Below are positions 7,766 to 16,630 of a stretch of 63,968 nt of DNA, piece after piece (within the stretch, counting starts at the first letter, position 1; each line of letters begins with the position of its first letter). Under the pieces are notes generated by a model. The model was not told the DNA's origin and did not search any database. It saw nothing but the letters and a program-made list of their open reading frames with translations. The stretch covers positions 1 to 63,968 of the forward strand of contig CAXNJS010000001.1 of NCBI GenBank assembly GCA_964202795.1. Reading direction: 5' to 3'. This DNA is from Candidatus Planktophila sp. Lineage in GTDB: Bacteria > Actinomycetota > Actinomycetes > Nanopelagicales > Nanopelagicaceae. The translations under genes and the position numbers were made by a program.

Positions 7766-10700
7766 ATGAGTTTTATTCACTTACATGTTGCTAGCGCGTA
7801 CTCACTTAAGTACGGCACAACGCAACCTGCCAACTTAGTTGCTCGCGCCCGCGAATTTAATATGCCGGCGCTAGCAGTGACTGATCGCGATGGTTTGGCC
7901 GGTGCAATTCGTTTTGCCCAAAGTTGTGTTGCCGAAGGAATCGCACCAATCATTGGCGTTGATCTAGCAATTAAGTTGCCGGGCTTTACGGGCAAGAAAT
8001 TGCCGCGGCTAACACTGCTGGCAAATGGCGATGGTGGTTGGCGATCACTCTGTCGTTTCATGACTAGCTTGAATTTAACTGCAACTGATCGCAAGCCAGT
8101 AATTACCTTAGAGCTACTTGAAAGATTTAGTGAATACAGTTTAGGGTTACAAGTTTTGCACGGCCCCGAATCACCAGTTAGTTATGCCATCGCCGATAAG
8201 CGGCCAGATTTAGCAATTGAAGTTTTTAATAAAACTCGTGATCTCTTTGGTGATCATGCGATTGAAATCGTTTCGCATTTAGTCGCTGGCAGTGGCCCAC
8301 GATCAACGCCACATGCTGCACGATCGCTAATCTTTGCCCGCGATCATGATCTAGATGCTGTGCTAACGAACGCGGTGCGCATGCGCGATCGTGAAGATGG
8401 CCCAATTGCTGACATTCTCGATGCTGCTAGACAGTTAGTACCGCTGCATCCACGTCATGTCGAAAGACGCAATGCCGAAGCATTTTTAAAATCAACTGCT
8501 GCGATGGCAACCCTGGCTTCTGAAATTGCGTTAGCTGCCGGCGAGCGAACCCCGCGCTATTTGTTAAAGACCACTCGCAAATGGGCCGAACGCGCACTGC
8601 TTTCACCAACTCGCGATATTGGCTTAGGTGGCATTCATTTACCTGAAGCTCAAGTAGTAGGCGCCGCTAACCAGCAAGAGATGCGCACTTTGTTGCGTAG
8701 CCGTTGTGAATTAGGGCTTAACTGGCGATATGGCGATAGCGCCACGATTGCTAAAGCAAAGCAACGGTTAGATGACGAACTCGCAACTGTGGCAACGCTT
8801 GGTTACGAGTCATACTTTTTAACCGTTGCCGACATCACCGATATGGCGCGCGAACGTTCAATTCGTGTTGCAGCTCGTGGTTCAGGTGCTGGCTCGCTGA
8901 TCTGTCATCTACTTGGCATCTCTGGGGTTGAGCCAATGACCCATGGTTTATTAATGGAGCGCTTTTGTTCACCACTTCGTCGGGCGCTGCCAGATATTGA
9001 TATCGATGTTGAATCTGATCGTCGCTTAGAAATTTACGATTTAGTTTTCAAACGTTACGGCGATAGCAACTGGAGTAAACCCGGCAATACTTCGCGGTGT
9101 GCAACTGTGGCAATGGTTGATACCTATCGGGCTCGACATGCCATTCGCGATACTGGCGCTGCCATGGGAATGTCGCTGGGTGAGATTGATCTAATTGCCA
9201 AGTCCTTGCCACATGTGAGGGCACGCCATATTTCACAGGCCCTAGCAAATTTGCCTGAATTAAAAAGCTTAAATTTATCAGCGCCTCTTACCGCTATGAC
9301 TATTTCGTTAGCCGAACGACTCGATGGCTTGCCGCGCCATTTAGCGATGCATCCATGCGCAGTGGTGCTATCTGATGGTGGTTTATTAGATCGAGCGCCG
9401 TTAACCTTAAATGCTGGTGGCTACCCGATGGTGGAATTTGATAAAGATGATGTCGAAGCAGTTGGGTTATTGAAGTTAGATATCTTGGGCGTGCGCATGC
9501 AATCGAGTATTTCATTTGCATTATCGGAAATTGAACGTACCGAAGCTAAAAGTATTGATATCGATGCAGTCGTACTAGATGATGCGAAAACTTTCGAACT
9601 GATTAAATCGACTAAGACACTCGGGATATTTCAAATTGAAAGTCCAGGGCAGCGTGAACTAGTTGGCAAACTTGAGCCAAATACTTTTAACGATTTAATT
9701 ATCGAGATTTCACTCTTTCGCCCCGGGCCAGTTAAAAGCGACATGATCACGCCATTTCTAAAAGCGCGGCATGGTTGGTCGGCAGCGAAATTAATTCATC
9801 CTCGGCTGCACGGTATTTTGGCCGAAACCGAAGGCGTCGTGGTCTTTCACGAACAGGTAATCCGCATCATTGCCGAAATGGCCGGTGTCTCATTGGCCCA
9901 AGCTGATGAGAAGCGGCGCGCACTCGGTGATCGCGATGGTCAGCAAGAGGTCTGCGACTGGTTCTTTCCGGCTGCTACCGAAGCTGGTTTTGAGCTGCCG
10001 GTAATTAGCGAAGTCTGGGAAGTCTTGCGCGCTTTTGCATCCTTTGGTTTTTGTAAAGCACATGCTGCAGCCTTTGCGCTGCCCACTTATCAATCAGCTT
10101 GGCTGAAAACTCATTACCCAGCGGCTTTCTTAGCTGGTGTTTTAACCCATGACCCAGGCATGTATCCGAAGCGGTTAATTCTCGATGAGGTGCGCCAATT
10201 AGGTCTAACTATTGCCCCGCTTGATATTAATTACTCTGACCGGGTTTATCGGGTTGAAGATAAGGGCAGCGCAATTCGCATTTCACTATCAACGGTTGGT
10301 GGCATTAGCGATCGCGAAATCGACAGCATTATTGCAGCCCGACCATATGTTGATCTCGCTGATTTCTTCCGTCGTTCAGGGGCAGCGATGCCAACTATTG
10401 AATCACTAATTCTTACTGGTGCTTTTGATGCGATACATAACTTAGCTAGCATCAAACTTAATCGACGTGATCTATTACTGCACTTAAGTGATCTACAACA
10501 AGGGCCAGCGCAAGTGATTTCTGGTTCACAATTAACTTTTGGTTTTGCACCCCCTGCGCTAATTCCAAGTGGGTTACCCGAACTGCGAGCTAACGAGAAA
10601 GTACAACACGAAATAGAGCGACTCGGTATGGATGTAACGCACCACATGATTGAGTTCTACGGCGAATTTTTAAATGCAATTGGTGCAGTGCGTTCATGCG

Positions 10701-11029
10701 AACTTTTGAAGCAACGTTCGCGTACCGCGATCTTGGTTGCTGGTGTAAAAGTCATGCTACAGACACCGCCAGTTCGATCAGGTAAACGAGTAATTTTCTT
10801 AACGCTAGACGATGGTTATGGCTGCAGCGATGCGACCTTCTTTCCGGATGCCCAAACTAATTACGCCAGCACACTTTATAACTCGCAATTGTTGTTAGTG
10901 CGGGGCGAAGTTCGCCGTACTGGCGCTAGGGGAGTATCACTACGTGCTGATGCAGCTTGGTCTTTACCTGATCTTTACGCCCAATGGTTAGCAAATAAAG
11001 CAGATACATCTAATAAGGTGGCGATATGA
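7766..11029 (+). CDS. dnaE2: Error-prone DNA polymerase III alpha subunit (DnaE2-type)
   Basis: PHP domain (HLHVASAYS), RGSGAGS, catalytic PDIDID and KLDILG, FGFCKAHA, OB fold; SOS-regulated and distinct from the replicative dnaE at 35414. Confidence 0.9.
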   Translation: MSFIHLHVASAYSLKYGTTQPANLVARAREFNMPALAVTDRDGLAGAIRFAQSCVAEGIAPIIGVDLAIKLPGFTGKKLPRLTLLANGDGGWRSLCRFMTSLNLTATDRKPVITLELLERFSEYSLGLQVLHGPESPVSYAIADKRPDLAIEVFNKTRDLFGDHAIEIVSHLVAGSGPRSTPHAARSLIFARDHDLDAVLTNAVRMRDREDGPIADILDAARQLVPLHPRHVERRNAEAFLKSTAAMATLASEIALAAGERTPRYLLKTTRKWAERALLSPTRDIGLGGIHLPEAQVVGAANQQEMRTLLRSRCELGLNWRYGDSATIAKAKQRLDDELATVATLGYESYFLTVADITDMARERSIRVAARGSGAGSLICHLLGISGVEPMTHGLLMERFCSPLRRALPDIDIDVESDRRLEIYDLVFKRYGDSNWSKPGNTSRCATVAMVDTYRARHAIRDTGAAMGMSLGEIDLIAKSLPHVRARHISQALANLPELKSLNLSAPLTAMTISLAERLDGLPRHLAMHPCAVVLSDGGLLDRAPLTLNAGGYPMVEFDKDDVEAVGLLKLDILGVRMQSSISFALSEIERTEAKSIDIDAVVLDDAKTFELIKSTKTLGIFQIESPGQRELVGKLEPNTFNDLIIEISLFRPGPVKSDMITPFLKARHGWSAAKLIHPRLHGILAETEGVVVFHEQVIRIIAEMAGVSLAQADEKRRALGDRDGQQEVCDWFFPAATEAGFELPVISEVWEVLRAFASFGFCKAHAAAFALPTYQSAWLKTHYPAAFLAGVLTHDPGMYPKRLILDEVRQLGLTIAPLDINYSDRVYRVEDKGSAIRISLSTVGGISDREIDSIIAARPYVDLADFFRRSGAAMPTIESLILTGAFDAIHNLASIKLNRRDLLLHLSDLQQGPAQVISGSQLTFGFAPPALIPSGLPELRANEKVQHEIERLGMDVTHHMIEFYGEFLNAIGAVRSCELLKQRSRTAILVAGVKVMLQTPPVRSGKRVIFLTLDDGYGCSDATFFPDAQTNYASTLYNSQLLLVRGEVRRTGARGVSLRADAAWSLPDLYAQWLANKADTSNKVAI

Positions 11030-12246
11030 GCAGCGAGCCAACCGAGGCAACGGCGACAATTTTGCATGTTGATATGGATGCTTTCTATGCCTCAGTTGCT
11101 GAACGAGATGACCCATCGCTGCGTGGGAAAGCAGTAGTAGTTGGGGTAGGGGCGCGTGGCGTGGTGCTGTCAGCAAATTACGCAGCACGTAAATATGGAA
11201 TCAGGGCCGCGATGCCAGTTGGTCGCGCAAAGCGAATGGCGCCGCATGCAATTTTCGTAACTCCGGATCATCAGCGATACTCCGAAGTTTCAGCAAAAGT
11301 AATGGAAATCTTTGAATCATTTACCCCACTGGTCGAACCAATCTCACTCGATGAAGCTTTCCTTGATGTGACAGGTGCTCGCAAATTACTTGGTACTGGA
11401 CGAGAAATTGCAGTTGAGATCCGTCGCCAAGTTGAAGCCAGTGAAGGCATTACTTGCTCAGTAGGTATTGCACCTTCAAAGTTCATTGCCAAGTTAGCAT
11501 CTGGTCACTGCAAGCCAAACGGCATCTTAGAAATTCCAGCAGATCGAATTCTAAACTTTTTACATCCCTTGCCAGTAAATGCAATTTGGGGCGTGGGACC
11601 AAAGACCGCTGAAACCCTCGAGCGGTTAGGTTTGCGCACCGTTGCCGACATTGCTAATTTGCCTCGCACAACTTTGATTCGAGCTCTTGGTCAAGCAAGT
11701 GGCGCGTCACTATATGAGCTAGCTTGGGGTCGCGACTATCGCGATGTAACACCGAATGAACCAGATAAAAGTATTTCGGCAGCTGAAACTTTTGCCCAAG
11801 ATTTAGATGACCCCGAAGAAATTCTGCAGGAGTTCTTACGGCTTACCGAAAAAGCAGCAGCCCGATTACGTGAAAATAATTACTATGCCAAAACAATTTC
11901 GATCAAAGTTCGCTTCGCTGATTTCTCAACTATCTCGCGTTCAAAAACTTTGCCACTGCCAATTGATAGCACTCACGATATTTATGAAATTGCTAAATCG
12001 CTTTACTTAGCGCTCAACCTTGATCGAGCTCGCTTGCGTCTAGTTGGCATTTCACTCGATAACTTAAGTGAGGCGGCCCCAGAGCAATTGCTTTTAGGAG
12101 CTCGCGAAAAAGGCTGGCGCGAGGCTGATACGGCGATAGATCGGGCCAAATTACGCTTCGGTGGGGGTAGCGTGCGGCCAGGACGGCTGATTAAGAAATC
12201 CTCAGCAGATCCCAAGGCGCTAGATGACGAAAAAGGTAGCGAGTAA
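11026..12246 (+). CDS. dinB: DNA polymerase IV (Y-family)
   Basis: HVDMDAFYASV and SLDEAFLD catalytic motifs intact; little-finger domain; QLLL clamp motif; ATGA overlap with dnaE2. Confidence 0.93.
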   Translation: MSSEPTEATATILHVDMDAFYASVAERDDPSLRGKAVVVGVGARGVVLSANYAARKYGIRAAMPVGRAKRMAPHAIFVTPDHQRYSEVSAKVMEIFESFTPLVEPISLDEAFLDVTGARKLLGTGREIAVEIRRQVEASEGITCSVGIAPSKFIAKLASGHCKPNGILEIPADRILNFLHPLPVNAIWGVGPKTAETLERLGLRTVADIANLPRTTLIRALGQASGASLYELAWGRDYRDVTPNEPDKSISAAETFAQDLDDPEEILQEFLRLTEKAAARLRENNYYAKTISIKVRFADFSTISRSKTLPLPIDSTHDIYEIAKSLYLALNLDRARLRLVGISLDNLSEAAPEQLLLGAREKGWREADTAIDRAKLRFGGGSVRPGRLIKKSSADPKALDDEKGSE

Positions 12247-12271
12247 CGCGCACATGTTCTATTGTGGCCTT

Positions 12272-12643
12272 ATGCCACTTTCGGAGCGTGAAGAGAAGCT
12301 ACTGGCCCAGATGGAAAAGGCCATGTTGGTCGACGATCCACGCCTAGTTTCTACGCTAACTGGTGCTCCAACAAAATCTAGTCGCCGCAATTTAGGTCTA
12401 GCCGTGGTCCTATTTTTCGCAGGGTTTGGCGCAGTTTTTGGTGGCCTATTTAGCAAGATCTATCCAATTAGTTGGGTTGGATTTTTGATTTGCTTGACTG
12501 GTTTATCGATTCTAGCTGCCGGACTTAAGGGCAAAGTAGAAGCACTTGCCCAGGGCCAGCGCCCCGCAAAGCCAGTTAAAAGGGGCTTTAAAGAGCGTAT
12601 GGATGATCGCTGGGATAATCGTGGACCAAATCCAATCGATTAA
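12272..12643 (+). CDS. DUF3040 family membrane protein
   Basis: MPLSEREEKLLAQMEKAML-DDP N-terminus, two TMs, C-terminal RMDDRW; usual position upstream of mraZ. Start set to the ATG at 12272. Confidence 0.8.
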   Translation: MPLSEREEKLLAQMEKAMLVDDPRLVSTLTGAPTKSSRRNLGLAVVLFFAGFGAVFGGLFSKIYPISWVGFLICLTGLSILAAGLKGKVEALAQGQRPAKPVKRGFKERMDDRWDNRGPNPID

Positions 12644-12663
12644 TTCCCAGGCGTAATCAAATC

Positions 12664-12688
12664 AGGCCCCTAACCGGGGTCTTTTTTT
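12664..12688 (+). terminator. Rho-independent terminator
   Basis: AGGCCCC-TAACC-GGGGTCT hairpin followed by a T run. Confidence 0.8.
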
Positions 12689-12736
12689 ATGCCTGAAATC
12701 AGCTTGGGGTGGGAGTGGAGCGATCTGCCTTTTTAA

Positions 12737-12801
12737 AGGGGGGATTAGGGAAATAAGTGGCGAAGGGTGGTTGTAAATGGAGTGAAAGGGAGTAAAGTGG
12801 G
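12737..12801 (+). promoter_or_regulatory. MraZ-binding direct repeats
   Basis: Seven GTGG-like units (AGGG, AGGG, GTGG, GTGG, ATGG, AGGG, GTGG) at exact 10-bp period upstream of mraZ. Confidence 0.8.
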
Positions 12802-12838
12802 GAACTAGAGCATTCACACCTTGGGGAAGGGGGAGCTC

Positions 12839-13270
12839 ATGTTTCTCGGCACTCACGAGCCTCGCCTTGATGAAAAGGGCCGCTTAATCCTTCCTGCCAA
12901 GTTCCGCGAAGATCTTTCTGCCGGCCTAGTAATTACTAAAGGCCAAGAGCGTTGTCTTTATGTATTTCCATCAGCTGAATTTGCAACTCTTACTGAACAA
13001 CTTCGTCAAGCACCAGTAACTGTTAAAGGTGCACGTGACTACATGCGTGTGATGTTTGCTGGCGCGCACGATGAAATTCCTGATCGTCAAGGTCGCATAA
13101 CTATTCCGCAAGCACTTCGTACCTATGCCGGCCTTGATCGCGATTGCGTTGTTATCGGCGCAAATACTCGTGTCGAGATTTGGGATTCAACTTCTTGGAA
13201 CCAATACCTAAGCGATCGCGAAAAGGGATTCGCTGAAGTTTCCGAGGAGGTGTTCCCAGGTCTCTTTTGA
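12839..13270 (+). CDS. mraZ: Division/cell wall cluster transcriptional repressor MraZ
   Basis: [16 protein letters not shown] and DRQGRI duplicated DxxGR motifs. Confidence 0.96.
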   Translation: MFLGTHEPRLDEKGRLILPAKFREDLSAGLVITKGQERCLYVFPSAEFATLTEQLRQAPVTVKGARDYMRVMFAGAHDEIPDRQGRITIPQALRTYAGLDRDCVVIGANTRVEIWDSTSWNQYLSDREKGFAEVSEEVFPGLF

Positions 13271-13278
13271 TCTAACCA

Positions 13279-13375
13279 CTATCTCTTTTGGCCACCGCCG
13301 ACCCTACGAAAACGGCGCCCCTTCCCCGGTGCCGTTTATGAAACTCCGTCGGCCGGCGGTGACCAGAAGAGATAG
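13279..13375 (+). ncRNA. mraW RNA motif (cis-regulatory hairpin with CUUCCCC loop)
   Basis: Long nested stem (CTATCTCTTTTGG/CCAGAAGAGATAG, CACCGCCG/CGGCGGTG, AAACGGCGCC/GGTGCCGTTT) closed by a CCTTCCCC loop, between mraZ and rsmH as in actinobacteria. Confidence 0.85.
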
Positions 13376-13446
13376 CGATAAATACAAATGAAACAAGGGC
13401 ACTAGTTCGAAAGTAGTAAAGCAGTAATCAACGAAAGGGGGAATTG

Positions 13447-14391
13447 ATGCTAGAACATATTTCAGTAATGCGAGATACCTGCATTGATCTGCTAACCCCC
13501 GCAATTAATAAATCAGAAACCCCAATTGTTGTTGATGCAACCTTGGGCCTCGGTGGACATAGTGAAGCGCTACTTGAATCAAATCCAAATTTAGTTTTAA
13601 TCGGAATCGATCGTGACCTAGATGCGATTGTTAAAGCAAAGAACCGATTAGCTAAGTATGAAAATCGCACAAAACTAAATCATGCGATCTTCGATGAAAT
13701 TACCGATGTAGTAAATAGTTTTGGATTTGAACAAGTTGATGGAATTCTTTTTGATCTAGGCGTTTCATCAATGCAGCTTGACCAGAGTGATCGTGGATTT
13801 TCGTATTCTCAAGATGCGCCCCTTGATATGCGCATGGATCGATCAACTGGAATTACAGCTAGCGAAATCATCAACACTTACGCACCGGGTGAATTAGTGC
13901 GAATTCTGCGTACCTACGGCGAGGAAAAATTTGCCACACGTATCGTTGAAAACATTGTTAAAGAGCGGGCTAAGGCGCCACTTAATTCAACTGCCCAGCT
14001 TGCTACTTTGGTCAAAGAGAGCATTCCAGCGGCAACTCGTCGCACTGGCGGCAATCCAGCTAAACGTACTTTCCAAGCACTACGTATTGAAACTAATGAT
14101 GAACTCGGCGCCGTTAACCGCGCCATTCCTCAAGCTCTTGAGCTACTGAAAGTTGGTGGCCGTCTAGTAGTGATGTCATTCCAGTCACTTGAAGATCGCA
14201 TTGTTAAAGAGATTTTTACGCAAGCTACAACTTCAGGTACGCCACGTGACCTGCCAATTGATCTGCCTGAATTCGCTGCGAAATTTGCACTAGTAGTTCG
14301 CGGTTCAGTTTTACCAAGTGAAGCAGAGATTGCCGCGAACTCGCGTGCGCAATCTGTTCGTCTACGTGCAATAGAACGGTTGGCCGCATAA
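13447..14391 (+). CDS. rsmH: 16S rRNA m4C1402 methyltransferase
   Basis: HISVM, DATLGLGGHS, DLGVSSMQLD, RGFSY and PLDMRMD motifs. Confidence 0.96.
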   Translation: MLEHISVMRDTCIDLLTPAINKSETPIVVDATLGLGGHSEALLESNPNLVLIGIDRDLDAIVKAKNRLAKYENRTKLNHAIFDEITDVVNSFGFEQVDGILFDLGVSSMQLDQSDRGFSYSQDAPLDMRMDRSTGITASEIINTYAPGELVRILRTYGEEKFATRIVENIVKERAKAPLNSTAQLATLVKESIPAATRRTGGNPAKRTFQALRIETNDELGAVNRAIPQALELLKVGGRLVVMSFQSLEDRIVKEIFTQATTSGTPRDLPIDLPEFAAKFALVVRGSVLPSEAEIAANSRAQSVRLRAIERLAA

Positions 14392-14810
14392 TGGCAATTA
14401 CAGCACTCGCTCCTGCAATTAGTCGATCAAAACGGAAAGTAATTGAGCGATCTTCGGAAGTTGCCCTTCGCCTAGTACCTAAGATCGATATTGATAAGCG
14501 AGCCGACCAGAAAGTCTTCATTCTTTTCTTAACCGCTATCGGAGCACTGGGTCTAGTAGCACTTCTCTTTATCAATACGCTACTAGCTCAAGATGCCTTT
14601 AAACTTTCAAAGTTACAACTTGAATCACGTTTACTTACTGATCAACGAGAAGCGTATATTCGTCAGTTAGATCGAATCTCATCACCAATGGCACTTGCTG
14701 CCGCGGCAACTGAAATGGGCATGAAACCTTCTGCCACTCCTGCATTTCTAACTCTTGACGAACCATTAGTCCCTACAGCTGAAGCAGTTGCTGGAGGGTC
14801 AATTGGGTAA
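14391..14810 (+). CDS. ftsL: Cell division protein FtsL-like
   Basis: Single TM plus leucine-zipper coil and LAAAATEMGM; lies between rsmH and ftsI. Confidence 0.75.
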   Translation: MAITALAPAISRSKRKVIERSSEVALRLVPKIDIDKRADQKVFILFLTAIGALGLVALLFINTLLAQDAFKLSKLQLESRLLTDQREAYIRQLDRISSPMALAAAATEMGMKPSATPAFLTLDEPLVPTAEAVAGGSIG

Positions 14811-16629
14811 TTTTGCTCTAGTTCGCAAGCGCATTCAAGTTTTAATTGTGCTGACCTTTATCGTCATGACGATATTTGTTGTCAAAGTAATTTGGGTGCA
14901 GGTTATAACTGCGAACTCAATTAGAACTTGGGCAGTTAATGAGATGGAGAACGTAGCGACGCTTCAGGCGCCTCGTGGCACGATTACTGATGTAAACGGC
15001 GTTGCCCTGGCAAAGAGCGTAAATGCCATTAATATCGTGGTTGATCAAAGTGCGATTTCAAACCCAGCATTCACGGCCAAGTTCACCTCTCCTATTTTGG
15101 CAATGCCAGTTGCAGAACTTCAAAGACTATATACCGGTGAATTGAAGTGGAAATTGATCTACCGCAATGCCAAACCTGCGGTGTGGACTGCTTTAAAGAA
15201 GGCAATTGCCGAACATAACAGTTCACTAGATCCAAAAGAATTCGATCAACGCATCACAGCTTTCTATCCAGAGCGCGCCTATATCCGCGAATATCCATCT
15301 GGCTCTTTAGTTGCTTCGTTAATTGGCTTTGTGAATCAAGAAGGTGTTGGCGCAACTGGCTTGGAATCGAGCATGAATTCGATTATCACTGGCACAAATG
15401 GCAAGTACTCATATGCTAATGGTTATGGTGCAGAAATTCCTGGTTCGCAATCCGAAATAATTGCAGCCAAAGCTGGAACCTCAATTCGATTAACTATTGA
15501 TCGCGATATTCAGTGGGTTGCATCTCAAGCTATTGCTGATGCGGTCAAGTCAGCTAATGCAAGTAGTGGAACTGTAATTGTGATGGATCCAAAGACTGGC
15601 GCAATTCTGGCTCATGCGACAGCGCCGACTTTTAATCTAAATAATCGTGACAGTGTTTCACTTGCAGCAATGCGTAACCCTTCAGTGCAAGATGTTTATG
15701 AACCAGGTTCAACTGGAAAAATTATGACTGTGGCTGCCGCACTTGAAGAAAATAAAGTCACACCAACGACGGTTTTCACAGTTCCTGATTCAATAAGGCG
15801 TGGCGGTTCAAAATTCAATGATCATAAAAATCACGCAGACTGGCGACTAACAACATCAGGCATTTTGGCTGTATCTAGCAACACCGGTACAATTCAGATC
15901 GGCGAGAAGCTAACTAATAATCAGTTACACGATTACTTAAGTAAGTTTGGAATCGGCTCCAGCACTGGTTCAGGGCTACCAGGTGAATCAAGAGGCATTC
16001 TCCGTCCAGTTTCAGATTGGTCGGGCACTTCAGCGCCGACAATTGCCTTCGGCCAGGGGTACTCAGTTACAGCAATGCAAGCAACGAGTGTATTTGCCAC
16101 GATTGCAAATAATGGAGTTCGCGTATCTCCAACTGTTATTGCCGGCACAAATGAAGCCAATGGAAATTTCACACCTTCAAAACCTCGCACAACTGTGCGT
16201 GTAGTTAGCGCTGAAACTGCTACCAAAGTACGCCTCATGATGGAGAGCGTGGTATCTGCAAACGGAACTGCTCCATCTGCAGCTATTCCTGGCTACCGAG
16301 TGGCTGGTAAAACTGCAACTGCTAACCGATATAACGACATTTGTGGTTGCTATAGCGGCTTCACAGCTTCGTTCATTGGCTTTGCTCCATCTGATGCACC
16401 TAGATACGTAATTTCAGTAACCATCCAAGATCCTAAGGGAATGCACTGGGGTGGATACCTAGGTGGGCCAGTATTTAAGAAAGTAATGTCATTTGTCCTT
16501 GAGTCAAAGCACATTCCACCTACAGGTACAAAGATAGTGCCAGTAGCCCTAGATGAAAAACAATTAATCAAGGCAATAGCTAAAGCTAAGGCAGAAGCCA
16601 AAACTACCTCTGCGAGCGGCGCTCTCTAA
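14803..16629 (+). CDS. ftsI: Class B penicillin-binding protein FtsI/PBP3
   Basis: PRGTITD, REYP, GLE, SxxK (EPGSTGK) and SxN (SSN) motifs, KTA in place of KTG; TTG start after GGAGG. Confidence 0.92.
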   Translation: MGNFALVRKRIQVLIVLTFIVMTIFVVKVIWVQVITANSIRTWAVNEMENVATLQAPRGTITDVNGVALAKSVNAINIVVDQSAISNPAFTAKFTSPILAMPVAELQRLYTGELKWKLIYRNAKPAVWTALKKAIAEHNSSLDPKEFDQRITAFYPERAYIREYPSGSLVASLIGFVNQEGVGATGLESSMNSIITGTNGKYSYANGYGAEIPGSQSEIIAAKAGTSIRLTIDRDIQWVASQAIADAVKSANASSGTVIVMDPKTGAILAHATAPTFNLNNRDSVSLAAMRNPSVQDVYEPGSTGKIMTVAAALEENKVTPTTVFTVPDSIRRGGSKFNDHKNHADWRLTTSGILAVSSNTGTIQIGEKLTNNQLHDYLSKFGIGSSTGSGLPGESRGILRPVSDWSGTSAPTIAFGQGYSVTAMQATSVFATIANNGVRVSPTVIAGTNEANGNFTPSKPRTTVRVVSAETATKVRLMMESVVSANGTAPSAAIPGYRVAGKTATANRYNDICGCYSGFTASFIGFAPSDAPRYVISVTIQDPKGMHWGGYLGGPVFKKVMSFVLESKHIPPTGTKIVPVALDEKQLIKAIAKAKAEAKTTSASGAL

Positions 16630-16630
16630 A

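Noticed and set aside
12224-12271. Longer ORF-track starts (DUF3040 12224, mraZ 12821, hisH 41895, dksA 33075, crtI 2191, ftsI 14788)
   Set aside because: They overlap upstream genes or regulatory signals; downstream starts fit family N-termini and SD or -10 spacing better.
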